A DNA stretch of 32,000 nt. It comes from Candidatus Hadarchaeota archaeon. GTDB taxonomy: Archaea > Hadarchaeota > Hadarchaeia > Hadarchaeales > Hadarchaeaceae. The stretch is taken from the NCBI GenBank assembly GCA_964514965.1, contig CAZETV010000001.1, positions 390,001 to 422,000 on the forward strand. Direction: 5' to 3'. The notes below the pieces were generated by a model that was not told where the DNA came from, did not search any database, and was given only the letters and a program-made list of their open reading frames with translations. This document shows positions 1 through 9,408 of the stretch, piece after piece. Position numbers and translations under genes: made by a program. How positions within the stretch are numbered: position 1 is the stretch's first letter; the number at the start of each line of letters is the position of its first letter.

Positions 1-1083
1 ATCTACAGCGTAGGCGTGCTCTTGCCCTTAGTGTTGGTGGCCATCTTGCCAGTGCTCTCGGTTATCGATATCAGCATCAATGCCATCCAAGTCTTCTCAA
101 TCTATTGCATCGCTCTCCCGCTTGGAGTATACGTGCTCAGCCGTTGGACGTTGGCGAAGCGTCCAGCCACATTCTCACCACCTAAGGTGTCGATTGAAAC
201 GAGCCGAACCCGCGCCCTTATGCTTGCGGGACCACTTACGGCCGCACTAATGGTAATCGGACTCTTCTCACCTGTCGCAGACGATTTTCGCGCTATTTTG
301 CTCCTTTGGGCCCTAACGCTTGGCATCACCACATACTTCCATTTGACCACAGCGCGGGCTTTCGAGAGACGTGGTCGCATCGAACAGATAGAGGGAGAGT
401 TCTGCGACTCACTCGTTCAACTGGGCAACCGGATAAGCGAAGGGCGCCCGGCCGAGGATGCACTCAAACATGTCGCGGACACCATGCAAGGGAGCGAGCT
501 TGCAGGTGTTTTCGCCCAAGCATCAACTAACATCCGACTGGGGAGCATGGGGCTTCGAGCCTCACTCTTCGACCCAGAGCGTGGGGCGCTCCAAGAAATC
601 CCCTCGCGAACAATCCAAAGCGTACTCTGCCTGCTTGTAGAAGTTATTGAGCGAAACACTCGAGCGGCTGGAGCTGCGATCCTGAGAACGGCTGATCATC
701 TCAATGAGCTGAAGCAGGTGAAGCTCGACATCCGACGCTCACTTGGGGAGGTCGTGACATCAATGCGTTCGGTCGCTCTCTTCTTTGCACCATTCATCGC
801 CGCTATAGCCGCGCGTATGCAGAGTTTCCTCGCTTCGAAGACAGCCCCCGTTAGTCTCTGGGGCCCGGGAACCGGTGTCTCGTCGTCAACCTTCCTGTTC
901 GTGCTCGGGTTCTATGTTGTGTTGCTAACCGCGACCCTGATGAGCTACGCGATCGAGATCGAAACCGGAGATGACCCAGTATCAAAGCGCGTGGCGCTCG
1001 CACGGGCCTTACCCATCGCACTTGGGGTTTTCACCTTGGGTTCGATCGTCGGGAAATACATGCTCACCGCAATCATCGGCTGA
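1..1083 (+). CDS. Type II/IV secretion (FlaJ/GspF/TadC-like) membrane protein, 5'-truncated by window edge
   Basis: The ORF is open from base 1 (track start at 16 is internal). Multiple hydrophobic segments plus a GspF-like block 'EGEFCDSLVQLGNRISEGRPAEDALKHVA...ELAGVFAQASTNIRLG', typical of archaeal FlaJ/TadC-like proteins. Confidence 0.75.
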   Translation: MYSVGVLLPLVLVAILPVLSVIDISINAIQVFSIYCIALPLGVYVLSRWTLAKRPATFSPPKVSIETSRTRALMLAGPLTAALMVIGLFSPVADDFRAILLLWALTLGITTYFHLTTARAFERRGRIEQIEGEFCDSLVQLGNRISEGRPAEDALKHVADTMQGSELAGVFAQASTNIRLGSMGLRASLFDPERGALQEIPSRTIQSVLCLLVEVIERNTRAAGAAILRTADHLNELKQVKLDIRRSLGEVVTSMRSVALFFAPFIAAIAARMQSFLASKTAPVSLWGPGTGVSSSTFLFVLGFYVVLLTATLMSYAIEIETGDDPVSKRVALARALPIALGVFTLGSIVGKYMLTAIIG

Positions 1084-1442
1084 GCAAACGTTTAATTAAA
1101 TCACAGAAATTACCCCAAAATACACTTCTAAATCCATTATGTTAGTCATATTTGATGCCTATTACCTTAATATATAGATTATAGATGAAAAATTTTTGGC
1201 CAATACTCTACTTAAATTTTTAAAATGCTAAAAAATGAAAAAAATTAAATTTAAAAATATTAAAAAAATTTTTGGTGCGATATTAGTCAAAAAAAAAAAA
1301 AAAATAATTAAAAATAGAAAATTAACATTATTTTACCTTTAATCCTTTCTCCATCTTTATTATTTTAATAAAAATTAGTCCCAACTTTTTTAGACCAAAA
1401 ATTTATATCTAAGTAAAAATCGATTAAATTTGAGGAATTTAA

Positions 1443-1871
1443 ATGGATGGAAAAGACTACAAAATAATTGAAGCTCTCCAAGAAGGTGCTAGAACACCTC
1501 TGCGGAAGATATCTAAGCGGGTGCATATGAGCGAGTCTGCGGTCCGGAAGCGAGTGAAACGGCTAGAGCACGCTGGAGTGATCGAGGGGTACACCGCCGT
1601 TGTCAATCCATCAAAGCTGGGATACAACACTATGGCTTTTGTCGACTTGGATGTTATACCGGACAAACACCGAGAGGTCATAGACGGGCTAATGAAGTTA
1701 AGGGAAGTAAGAAAGGTATTAACTTCGACTGGCGAGTATGGGGTAATGAGCATGGTCTGGGCACGTGACAACAGTGAACTGAATAATATTCTCCAAAAAA
1801 TTGGTGGAATTGAGGGTGTCAAAAAGACCAGCACAGTAATAATCCTTGAACGAATAAAAGACATGTGCTAA
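1443..1871 (+). CDS. Lrp/AsnC family transcriptional regulator
   Basis: N-terminal HTH 'DYKIIEALQEGARTPLRKISKRVHMSESAVRKRVKRLEHAGVIEGYTAVVNPSKLG' and a C-terminal RAM-like domain. Confidence 0.93.
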   Translation: MDGKDYKIIEALQEGARTPLRKISKRVHMSESAVRKRVKRLEHAGVIEGYTAVVNPSKLGYNTMAFVDLDVIPDKHREVIDGLMKLREVRKVLTSTGEYGVMSMVWARDNSELNNILQKIGGIEGVKKTSTVIILERIKDMC

Positions 1872-2086
1872 TCGAGGTAGTGCTCAACCAAGTAGATAAA
1901 ACAAATCTATCACTCATAGCAGCAAAAATAAGAGGGTAAACCGTCATCGCAGCGGGGAAGCACACTTGCCGATTAGATTCCCTAGTTAGTAGAACTAGTG
2001 ACTTTTTATTCTTTTTATTAACCAAAAGATTTATTTTAAAGCGAATTAATAAATTATAGTGCGAAATCAGTCGGAGGCAAAAATGA

Positions 2087-2530
2087 ATGAAAGAAATAAT
2101 GGATGAAAAGGATTATGAGATAATTACCGCCCTCTATAAGGGTGCCAAAACTCCTTTTCGAAAGATATCCAAACGAGTGCACATGAGCGAGTCTGCGGTT
2201 CGAAAGCGGGTGAAACGGCTGGAGCAAGCCGGAGTGATAGAGCGCTATACTATCGTCACAGACCCAGCAAAGCTGGGATACAACACTATGGCTTTCTTCG
2301 GTTTGGATGTGATACCAGAAAAGCATCAAGAGATCATAGAGCAGCTAAAGAAGCTAGATGAGGTAAAAAAGTTATCGACCTCGAGTGGAAAATTTATGAT
2401 AACGGGCACGGTCTGGGCACATGACAACAAAGAGCTGACAGACATTGTCCTACGAAAAATCGGCGGGATTGAGGGTGTCAAAAAGACTCACACCGCAATA
2501 ATCCTCGAACGAATAAAAGATGTGTGCTAA
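2087..2530 (+). CDS. Lrp/AsnC family transcriptional regulator, tandem paralogue
   Basis: Closely similar to the 1443..1871 product along its whole length. SD-like 'ggagg' lies upstream of ATG 2087. Confidence 0.92.
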   Translation: MKEIMDEKDYEIITALYKGAKTPFRKISKRVHMSESAVRKRVKRLEQAGVIERYTIVTDPAKLGYNTMAFFGLDVIPEKHQEIIEQLKKLDEVKKLSTSSGKFMITGTVWAHDNKELTDIVLRKIGGIEGVKKTHTAIILERIKDVC

Positions 2531-2764
2531 TCTAGACATTGCTGGACACATCAGCGCTAATGCCGCACTATTAGCAGTTTTTTTCATCAAGCACGAAGAA
2601 ACGTGTTTTTCCCCTTTTTAGGATTTAACATTCTAATAAAGTGTGCCTCGCTTAAAACAAGAAATAAAGGCTAGAAAAAGACTTTCTAGAGGCTGTAGTG
2701 GCGGCGCGAAAGAGTAATCAATATCAAAAAGGGCTAAATCTGACTAATGGTAATCATAAACAGT

Positions 2765-2841
2765 GCGGCAGTAGTCTAGCTTGGTTAGGACACGAGCTTG
2801 CCAAGCTCGCGGCGCGGGTTCGAATCCCGCCTGCCGCACCA
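2765..2841 (+). tRNA. tRNA-Gly (anticodon GCC), 3' CCA encoded
   Basis: Acceptor GCGGCAG/CTGCCGC, anticodon arm CGAGC-TTGCCAA-GCTCG, T arm GCGGG-TTCGAAT-CCCGC, then ACCA. Confidence 0.96.
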
Positions 2842-3291
2842 CTTAGTTTTGATCCTGATGTTCAACCGACGCCATACCCCAACGTGCAAACGTGCCTCGC
2901 TCACCTACGTTTTCTGAGCTTCACCAATACCGGCAAAATCGAGAACACGCAGGCCAGATATCCCCGACGCCTCAATCGTTGGAATCATCGACTCCGGTTC
3001 AGGAAAAGCATCTGTGAGGCCGGTCACAAGTCCTGCGCTAAGGTAGAACAAAATATTTCCACCAAGAACGTCCTTGACGTTGTCGCCGAAAATTCAGAGG
3101 TATCGCAGGTTAAAGAGGATTTGCAGGATTCTGCCGTGCAAGAACATCTAGGTGAAAAGGGTGAAGGTTCTACCCCACAAATATTTCTCTCGGCTTCATC
3201 CCATACAATCCCACACGAGTGTATTTCAATAGAGTATGTCCGTTTGTCTCAGGTTAAAATAGCCCTTCATCAAAGTGGGATTGGTGTTGAT

Positions 3292-3984
3292 GTGCTTCAC
3301 CTAATCCTAGCGGATTCCGAGCTCGAGACTGTACCTCAGGAGATCGCTAACCACCGCGTCATAAAGTGGAGTGCGCGACACCTAGGGAGGAGACCGACAG
3401 AATTACTGCTCAACTCAAGCCTCCATTATCCCGCGATGCGAAGACTACCTGATGGCGACCGGCGTGGACGGCCGGACATCGTACACATTTGTTTGCTGCT
3501 CGCGCTCGACACCCCCCTCAACCGAGAAGGACTACTTCGCACCTATATCCATACCCGGCACAACAAAGTCATCACCGTAGATCCGTCTACCCGCCTACCA
3601 CGGATGTTTAATCGATTCACTGGGTTAATCGAGCATCTCTTCCTCACTGGTGAAGCACCGCCAGAAAAGCCTTTACTCACTCTTGAAAATGCCTCACTCA
3701 ACGAGCTGGTCGGAAGAATCAATCCCCCAAAAGTAATATCATTCAGTCAGCACGGGCAGATGCGACATTGCAAAGACCTCTTCAGCAATAATTTGAAAGA
3801 GGACGACATATGCGTCATCATCGGCGGATTCCCTCGCGGTGATTTCCTGTCTAATGTAACCGAGCTTTCGAACGAACTCGTGAGCATAGACCCAGAACTC
3901 CTCCGTGCGCCAACTGTTTTGATGAAGGCGATTTTTGCATACGAGGATGCGTTCGATATCCAGAAAATCAGGCAGGCCAGGTGA
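3292..3984 (+). CDS. nep1: Nep1/Emg1 family rRNA pseudouridine methyltransferase (ribosome biogenesis)
   Basis: 'LHLILADSELETVPQEI...GRPDIVHICLLLALDTPLN...YIHTRHNKVITVDPSTRLPRMFNRFTGLIEHLF...PKVISFSQHG...CVIIGGFPRGDF'. Start placed at in-frame GTG 3292; the track ORF from 2698 runs through the tRNA and is over-extended. Confidence 0.88.
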   Translation: MLHLILADSELETVPQEIANHRVIKWSARHLGRRPTELLLNSSLHYPAMRRLPDGDRRGRPDIVHICLLLALDTPLNREGLLRTYIHTRHNKVITVDPSTRLPRMFNRFTGLIEHLFLTGEAPPEKPLLTLENASLNELVGRINPPKVISFSQHGQMRHCKDLFSNNLKEDDICVIIGGFPRGDFLSNVTELSNELVSIDPELLRAPTVLMKAIFAYEDAFDIQKIRQAR

Positions 3985-3988
3985 TCAA

Positions 3989-4318
3989 ATGTCACGTAAG
4001 AACATCCACGCATGGAAAGCAGAGCACAAGCGAATTGCTGCCGAGCGCATGGAGCGCCTATTCGAGCTGGCTGATGAGATATTTGATGGGCGCCCCGAGC
4101 TAGCCGACCGGTACGTGCAGCTCGCATGGAGGCTCAAAACCAGATACAACGTCAGGCCCCCCGCGCGCCTGAAGAGGAAATTCTGCAGGAAATGCCTGTC
4201 GTTTTGGAAGCCCGGTGCCAGCTGTCGGGTGCGGATTCAGTCTGGCCGCGTAACCATAACTTGCCTGAAGTGTGGTTATATAGTGCGTTTGCCCTACAAG
4301 CCGAAAAAGAAAGGATAG
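3989..4318 (+). CDS. rnp4: RNase P protein component 4 (Rpp21/Rpr2 family)
   Basis: Zinc-binding CxxC pairs 'FCRKCLSFWKPGASCRVRI...VTITCLKCG' and position directly after nep1. Confidence 0.88.
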   Translation: MSRKNIHAWKAEHKRIAAERMERLFELADEIFDGRPELADRYVQLAWRLKTRYNVRPPARLKRKFCRKCLSFWKPGASCRVRIQSGRVTITCLKCGYIVRLPYKPKKKG

Positions 4319-4435
4319 CTAAGTGTATCTCAATCCTTCAACTTTAACAATGTCGAAAACAGTTGAAGTGTGGGAAAAGCGTTAATATCGCCAACTTCAA
4401 GAAGGTTAGAGGACGAACTACAAGTGAGGGAAAAG

Positions 4436-4855
4436 ATGTCAGTCAAGGAAGTTCCTGCAAACGTGCTCATCAAGCGGCTGAGCGAGGAGCTGGGGAAGTT
4501 GGAGGAGTTAACTCCACCTCAATGGAGCCACTTTGTCAAGACGGGGATCCACAAGGAACGTCTTCCCGAGCAACCCGATTGGTGGTATGTGCGCGCGGCC
4601 TCGTTACTTAGACGAGTTTGTATCAACGGTCCGGTAGGAATCTCAAGACTCCGTAGCTATTACGGTGGACGGCAAAACCGCGGTCAATCACCCGAGCACT
4701 TTCGCAAAGCGGGGGGCAAAATTCTACGCGTCATCCTCCAGCAGCTCGAGCAAGCTGGCCTCGTTCGAAAGATCGAGCGAGGAGGGCGGAAGCTCACCCC
4801 GAAAGGTGCAGCGATGATTGATAACTTGACTAAACAGATAAAAACCGAAAAGTGA
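4436..4855 (+). CDS. rps19e: Ribosomal protein S19e
   Basis: 'VPANVLIKRLSEELGKL...PPQWSHFVKTGIHKERLPEQPDWWYVRAASLLRRVCINGPVGISRLRSYYGGRQNRGQSPEHFRKAGG'. Confidence 0.97.
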   Translation: MSVKEVPANVLIKRLSEELGKLEELTPPQWSHFVKTGIHKERLPEQPDWWYVRAASLLRRVCINGPVGISRLRSYYGGRQNRGQSPEHFRKAGGKILRVILQQLEQAGLVRKIERGGRKLTPKGAAMIDNLTKQIKTEK

Positions 4856-4864
4856 GGCGTGAGG

Positions 4865-5194
4865 ATGGAAGAAGAAGAAATCGAGGAAATGCGCAGGCGA
4901 AAGATGCTCGAACTGAGGGCAAAGATTGAGGAACAGCAGAAACAAGCTGAACAACGAAGACAATACGAGATTCAAAAAAGACTTGCAATTCAACAAATCC
5001 TAACCGCCGAGGCCCGAAGCAGATTAGCGAACATTCGAACGGCTAAACCAGAATTCGCTGAGCAACTGGAACTTCAACTCATCCAGTTAGCCCAAATGGG
5101 AAAACTTGGATCGAAGATTACCGACACCCAGCTGCGCCAGATTTTAAGCAGATTGCAGGCAAATAAGCACAACTTTAGGATAAGGAGGGTTTAG
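4865..5194 (+). CDS. DNA-binding protein, PDCD5/TFAR19 family
   Basis: 'EEIEEMRRRKMLELRAK...ILTAEARSRLANIRTAKPEFAEQLELQLIQLAQMGKLGSKITDTQLRQIL'. Confidence 0.95.
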   Translation: MEEEEIEEMRRRKMLELRAKIEEQQKQAEQRRQYEIQKRLAIQQILTAEARSRLANIRTAKPEFAEQLELQLIQLAQMGKLGSKITDTQLRQILSRLQANKHNFRIRRV

Positions 5195-5350
5195 ATGGCG
5201 CGGAACAAACCGGCTCCGCTTAAGAGAAGACTGGGAAAAGCAGCCAAACACACACGGCGTGCCCCCATGTGGGTGATGTCCAAAACAAAGGGAAAAGTGC
5301 GCACCCACTCAAAGCGACGTAGCTGGCGGAGACAACGTATAAAACCATAG
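5195..5350 (+). CDS. rpl39e: Ribosomal protein L39e
   Basis: Manual translation [51 protein letters not shown]; 51 aa, below the ORF-track length cutoff. Confidence 0.95.
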   Translation: MARNKPAPLKRRLGKAAKHTRRAPMWVMSKTKGKVRTHSKRRSWRRQRIKP

Positions 5351-5359
5351 GTGATATCC

Positions 5360-5611
5360 ATGCCAGAGGAGCGGATATATATCATCCCATTAAGGGAAGC
5401 CAAAAGTGCCCCCCACCAAAAGCGGACATCTAGGGCCGTCAAAATCGTGCACGAGTTCCTGCGGCGCCACATGAAGTCTGAGGAGATAAAGCTCAATCAA
5501 GCGTTGAACCGAAAGCTCTGGGAGCGAGGAGCGAAGCACCCGTTACCGCGAATCAGGGTACGGGTCGTCAAACAGGATGATGGTTCAATCGAAGCTTTTT
5601 TAGCAGAATAA
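5360..5611 (+). CDS. rpl31e: Ribosomal protein L31e
   Basis: 'ERIYIIPLREAKSAPHQKRTSRAVKIVHEFLRRHMK...IKLNQALNRKLWERGAKHPLPRIRVRVVK'. Confidence 0.95.
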   Translation: MPEERIYIIPLREAKSAPHQKRTSRAVKIVHEFLRRHMKSEEIKLNQALNRKLWERGAKHPLPRIRVRVVKQDDGSIEAFLAE

Positions 5612-5620
5612 GGTGGCGCC

Positions 5621-6283
5621 ATGCCGATTTTTAGAGTGAGCTTCAATAGAATCCCGTTCTTGGGAGCTTTCGCCCTAACCACAGATAAAATTGCGCTGCT
5701 CCCCGAGAACTTTCACTTTCGAGAGCAGATTGTGGAAGACGCGCTGGGTGTACATATAACCCGAGCGAACATACACAATAGCCCCTTGCTGGGTATTCTA
5801 GCCGCTGGCAACTCCAATGGGCTCGTGTGCTCTGAGCTACTTGAGTCCGATGAGGAGAAGCGGCTTACCAATCTTGGAGTGAGGGTCTCACGCATTCCTG
5901 GGCAATACACGGCGTTTGGAAATCTCGTGCTGGTGAACGACCATGGCGCCTTGGTGAATCCCGACCTTCCCGATGATATTTTAAAACTCATGAGTGAAAG
6001 CTTAAGCGTGCCCGTTGAACGAGGGACGATTGCGGGGGTCAAAAACGTGGGTGCAACAGGTGTAGCAACTAATCGAGGGGTGCTCGTACATCCAGACGTG
6101 TCAAACGAAGAAATCAAACACGTTTCGAGTGTTCTTGACGTGCCCGCGGAAGTTGGCACCGCATGCGGCGGGGTGAAGTATGTTGGGTTGTGTCTGGTGG
6201 CGAATTCTAATGGTGTTATCGCCGGCAGAACCACAACAGGCCCTGAGCTGGGCCGCGCGGAAAGCGCTTTAGGATTCATATGA
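5621..6283 (+). CDS. eif6: Translation initiation factor 6
   Basis: IF-6-type repeated segments: 'GVHITRANIHNSPLLGILAAGNSNGLV', 'NDHGALVNPDLPDD', 'TNRGVLVHPDVSNEE', 'LCLVANSNGVIAGRTTTGPELGR'. Confidence 0.96.
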   Translation: MPIFRVSFNRIPFLGAFALTTDKIALLPENFHFREQIVEDALGVHITRANIHNSPLLGILAAGNSNGLVCSELLESDEEKRLTNLGVRVSRIPGQYTAFGNLVLVNDHGALVNPDLPDDILKLMSESLSVPVERGTIAGVKNVGATGVATNRGVLVHPDVSNEEIKHVSSVLDVPAEVGTACGGVKYVGLCLVANSNGVIAGRTTTGPELGRAESALGFI

Positions 6284-6292
6284 GGTGATTAG

Positions 6293-6514
6293 ATGAAAAT
6301 ATTTCGTATTAGGGGTTGGTTCAAGCAAGGACTCAATCGCCAGCGTTTCACGCGCGAGTTGCTAGCGCTCTCGAAAGGGCAAGCTCTCGAGCGGATTTAC
6401 TCGGATGTCGGGAGCAAGCATAGAGTCAAGCGCAACCTAATCCATATAGAGGAAGCCGTTGAAGTTAAACCCGAAGAGGTAAAAAATTCTCAAGTACTGG
6501 CTATGTTGGAGTGA
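6293..6514 (+). CDS. rpl18a: Ribosomal protein L18Ae/LX
   Basis: 'MKIFRIRGWFKQGLNRQRFTRELLALSKGQALERIYSDVGSKHRVKRNLIHIEE' and conserved position between eif6 and pfdA. Confidence 0.9.
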   Translation: MKIFRIRGWFKQGLNRQRFTRELLALSKGQALERIYSDVGSKHRVKRNLIHIEEAVEVKPEEVKNSQVLAMLE

Positions 6515-6518
6515 TAGA

Positions 6519-6962
6519 ATGGAAAAAATAACTGAAGAGGAGCAGAAAAAACTGCAACGCACCCTAAGCGAGCTTCGCAACCACCAAGCAGCATTTGAGG
6601 CCCTTCAACAAAACCTCTCATTGATTACCACATCACTTTCCGAACTCTCGATGACCATTGAGGCGATTAAGACGATAAGAAGACTTAAACCGGGAACCGA
6701 TATCCTCGTGCCCATAGGCTCCGACTCTTTCATCGCCGCCAAGCTTGAAACGACTGAAAAAATGATCACAGGACTTGGCGCAGATGTCGTTGCCGAGCGT
6801 AGTATCACCGATGCAATCGTGACGCTTCAAGATCGAATGACTGAACTCGAACAAGCTTTGAGCAAGACGCGCGAGGAACTGGAAAAACTGGGCAAGCAAA
6901 TCGAAGTTCTTACGCCAGAGGCGGAGCGGCTCCTCGAGAAGGCCCGGCAAGCGCAGCCCTAG
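6519..6962 (+). CDS. pfdA: Prefoldin alpha subunit
   Basis: Coiled-coil termini with central 'GTDILVPIGSDSFIAAKLETTEKMITGLGADVVAERS'. Confidence 0.92.
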   Translation: MEKITEEEQKKLQRTLSELRNHQAAFEALQQNLSLITTSLSELSMTIEAIKTIRRLKPGTDILVPIGSDSFIAAKLETTEKMITGLGADVVAERSITDAIVTLQDRMTELEQALSKTREELEKLGKQIEVLTPEAERLLEKARQAQP

Positions 6963-6971
6963 GGGAGCTCG

Positions 6972-8027
6972 ATGTTTGAGAAACTGAAGAAGAAGCTCAA
7001 ACGTGTAGTAGAACGAATTAGTCAGAAGGCGGCACCCGAGGCACCGCCAGAAGCACTACCCGAAGTTCTCCCAGAGACCCCTCCAGAAGCCCCGCCCAAA
7101 ACTCCCTCAAAAGTCCTACTTCCCAAAAAACCACCCAAAATGTTGAAGCGGGTAGTGAAGCGCATCATTCAGAAGGAGCTCTCTCCAACAGATGTCGAAG
7201 ATATCATATGGGAGCTCCAAGTTGGCCTGCTTGAGAGCGATGTCGCGGTGCCAGTCGCCGACCAAATCATCGAGCGCGTGAAAACTGGTTTAACGGGACG
7301 AAAGCTGGGGCTACGGGATGACCCAAAAAAACTCGCGGATGAAGTCCTACGCCAGGCAATTCAAGAAATTCTGGCAACAAAACAAAAGGTTGATTTGCTC
7401 AAGGTCATTGAGGCCAAGCGCGCTAAGGGCGAACCCGCTGTGATAGTTTTTGTTGGAATCAACGGCCACGGTAAAACCACAACGGTCGCCAAGTTAGCAC
7501 GATATCTCATCGGGCACGGGCACAAACCAGTACTCGCGGCTGCAGACACCTTCCGCGCGGCTGGTATCGAACAGCTTGAAATTCATGCTAATCGTGTAGG
7601 CGTTGAGGTAATCAAACAGCGAAGGGGGGCCGATGCCGCGGCTGTTGCTTACGACGCGGTAGCCCATGCAAAAGCCAGAGGACTTGATGTCGTCCTCGTC
7701 GATACAGCTGGGCGAATGCAGACTGATATCAACCTAATGGACGAGATGCGGAAGATTGTACGGGTGGCGAAACCCGACCTCACGATTTTTGTGGGGGATG
7801 CCTTAACTGGGAACGACGCGGTCGAGCAGGCACGAACGTTTGACCAAGCCGTAGGGATAAACGGTTCAATCCTATGTAAGATGGATGCCGACGCCAGGGG
7901 AGGCGCTGCGCTCTCAATAACCCAAGTGACGGGTCAACCGATTCTGTTTTTGGGCACTGGGCAGGGCTATGAAGATTTGGTCGAGTTCAAGCCAGAAATT
8001 ATTTTGGACGCTTTGTTCGGCGACTGA
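6972..8027 (+). CDS. ftsY: Signal recognition particle receptor FtsY
   Basis: 'VIVFVGINGHGKTTTVAKLARYLIGHGHKPVLAAADTFRAAGIEQL', 'DVVLVDTAGRMQTDINLMDEMRKI', 'LCKMDADARGGAALSITQVTGQPILFLGTGQGYEDL'. Proline-rich N-terminal linker. Confidence 0.97.
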   Translation: MFEKLKKKLKRVVERISQKAAPEAPPEALPEVLPETPPEAPPKTPSKVLLPKKPPKMLKRVVKRIIQKELSPTDVEDIIWELQVGLLESDVAVPVADQIIERVKTGLTGRKLGLRDDPKKLADEVLRQAIQEILATKQKVDLLKVIEAKRAKGEPAVIVFVGINGHGKTTTVAKLARYLIGHGHKPVLAAADTFRAAGIEQLEIHANRVGVEVIKQRRGADAAAVAYDAVAHAKARGLDVVLVDTAGRMQTDINLMDEMRKIVRVAKPDLTIFVGDALTGNDAVEQARTFDQAVGINGSILCKMDADARGGAALSITQVTGQPILFLGTGQGYEDLVEFKPEIILDALFGD

Positions 8028-9408
8028 CGCGACGCTTTTTCTTTTCCTCGAGTTTCGCGCGCAGGAACTTTAGGACTTCCCTTGGGTCAGCTCGCCCCCG
8101 TGTGATCTTCATCACCTTTCCGGCCAAGAAATTCAAAACTTCTTTTCTGCCAGAACGATAGTCCATTACAGCTTTTGGATTTTCTTCGATTGTTCTAACA
8201 ACAGCGGCCTTAAGCTCCGCATTCTCTAGGCGCTCTAATCCCAGTTCCCTGAGCAACTCTTCAGGTTCGGCAGGTTGATTTACAAGCTTTCTGAGCACGA
8301 GCTCCCCTTGCTCGGGAGTTATCCGCTTGGTTTTGACCATCCAAAGCAAACCCGCGAGCTGTTTGTGTGTGAACTTAACGTCCGTCGCGCGAAGCTTCAT
8401 GTAGTTCAGTACCTTCTTTAGCGTCGTCTGGAACCAAGTAGCGACTAGCTTCGGGTCCACTTCATTTGCGACAGACTCGAAGAGGTCCGCAAGCTCTCGT
8501 TCGCTGACGATTACCTCTGCAGCGGGCCGGGGTATTCCATACTGTTTGACGAGGCGCTCTTCTCGGAGGTGGGGGGCTTCGACCATCTGCTTTCCAACTA
8601 TCTCGATCCGATTCTTGCCGAGGATGAACGGGAAGATGTCAGGATCGGGGATATATCGGTAGTCTTCCTCAAGTTCCTTCGCGCGCATTGGGGTGGTGAT
8701 CATTTGACTCTCGAGGTAAGCCCGCGTCTCCCGAACGACCTCTTCGCCTCTTTTTAGCTTCCCACTTTGGCGGATAATTTCAAATTTTAATGCGCGATAA
8801 GCCCCCTTGATTGAGTTGATATTCTTAACCTCCACTCGTCCTCCGCCCTCGAGCGAGATGTTAACGTCGGCACGCATCGCTCCTCCAGCTTCCGGTCTGA
8901 CCTTCCCCGTATACTCAAGCACCCGAGTGAGCGTGCGCAGGAACCTCCGGGCTTCCTCTGGCGATTTGATGTCGGGCTCGGTCACTATTTCCACGAGGGG
9001 CACGCCAGAGCGGTTATAATCAACCGTTCCCGCAATGGGGTCGTACTTTCCCGGATCCTCCTCAAGATGCACTTCCCGGATTCGTACGCCCTGCAGCCCA
9101 CCATTTTGCGCGATCGGCAAGCTGGTTCGCTGGTAGCCTGAAGGTAGGTCAGGATAATCATAGTGCTTGCGTTGGATGTAGATGGTTCGGTCGGTGATGA
9201 TCCCACACCCTAGCATGAGTGCTATCTCAATTGCAGCATCCACCACCAGCTCGTTGGGGGGGAGGGGTTTCGACCCAGGCATACCAGTGCAAATTGGACA
9301 GACGTTCGAGTTTGGGGGAACATCTTGGTAATTGGTGGGACAGTCGCAGTACATCTTTCGCTCAGTCGCCAGTTGCAGGTGAATCTCGAACCCTATTTTC
9401 ACCTTCAT
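7999..9408 (-). CDS. gatB: Asp-tRNA(Asn)/Glu-tRNA(Gln) amidotransferase subunit B
   Basis: 'KIGFEIHLQLATERKMYCDCP', 'KHYDYPDLPSGYQRTSLPIA', 'DYNRSGVPLVEIVTEPD', 'EELEEDYRYIPDPD'-like motifs. Confidence 0.97.
   Translation of the reverse strand: MKVKIGFEIHLQLATERKMYCDCPTNYQDVPPNSNVCPICTGMPGSKPLPPNELVVDAAIEIALMLGCGIITDRTIYIQRKHYDYPDLPSGYQRTSLPIAQNGGLQGVRIREVHLEEDPGKYDPIAGTVDYNRSGVPLVEIVTEPDIKSPEEARRFLRTLTRVLEYTGKVRPEAGGAMRADVNISLEGGGRVEVKNINSIKGAYRALKFEIIRQSGKLKRGEEVVRETRAYLESQMITTPMRAKELEEDYRYIPDPDIFPFILGKNRIEIVGKQMVEAPHLREERLVKQYGIPRPAAEVIVSERELADLFESVANEVDPKLVATWFQTTLKKVLNYMKLRATDVKFTHKQLAGLLWMVKTKRITPEQGELVLRKLVNQPAEPEELLRELGLERLENAELKAAVVRTIEENPKAVMDYRSGRKEVLNFLAGKVMKITRGRADPREVLKFLRAKLEEKKKRRVSRRTKRPK

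Noticed and set aside
2698-3291. The first 198 codons of the 428-aa track ORF as the N-terminus of Nep1
   Set aside because: They run across the complete tRNA-Gly and have no Nep1 homology. Nep1 sequence begins at about 3292 (LHLILADSELE).
4724-4996. 91-aa minus-strand hydrophobic ORF
   Set aside because: Antisense across the rps19e/PDCD5 boundary. The Phe/Leu richness simply mirrors the Lys/Glu codons of the sense genes.
5713-6279. 188-aa minus-strand ORF
   Set aside because: Antisense to eif6; repetitive S/T/P-rich shadow translation.
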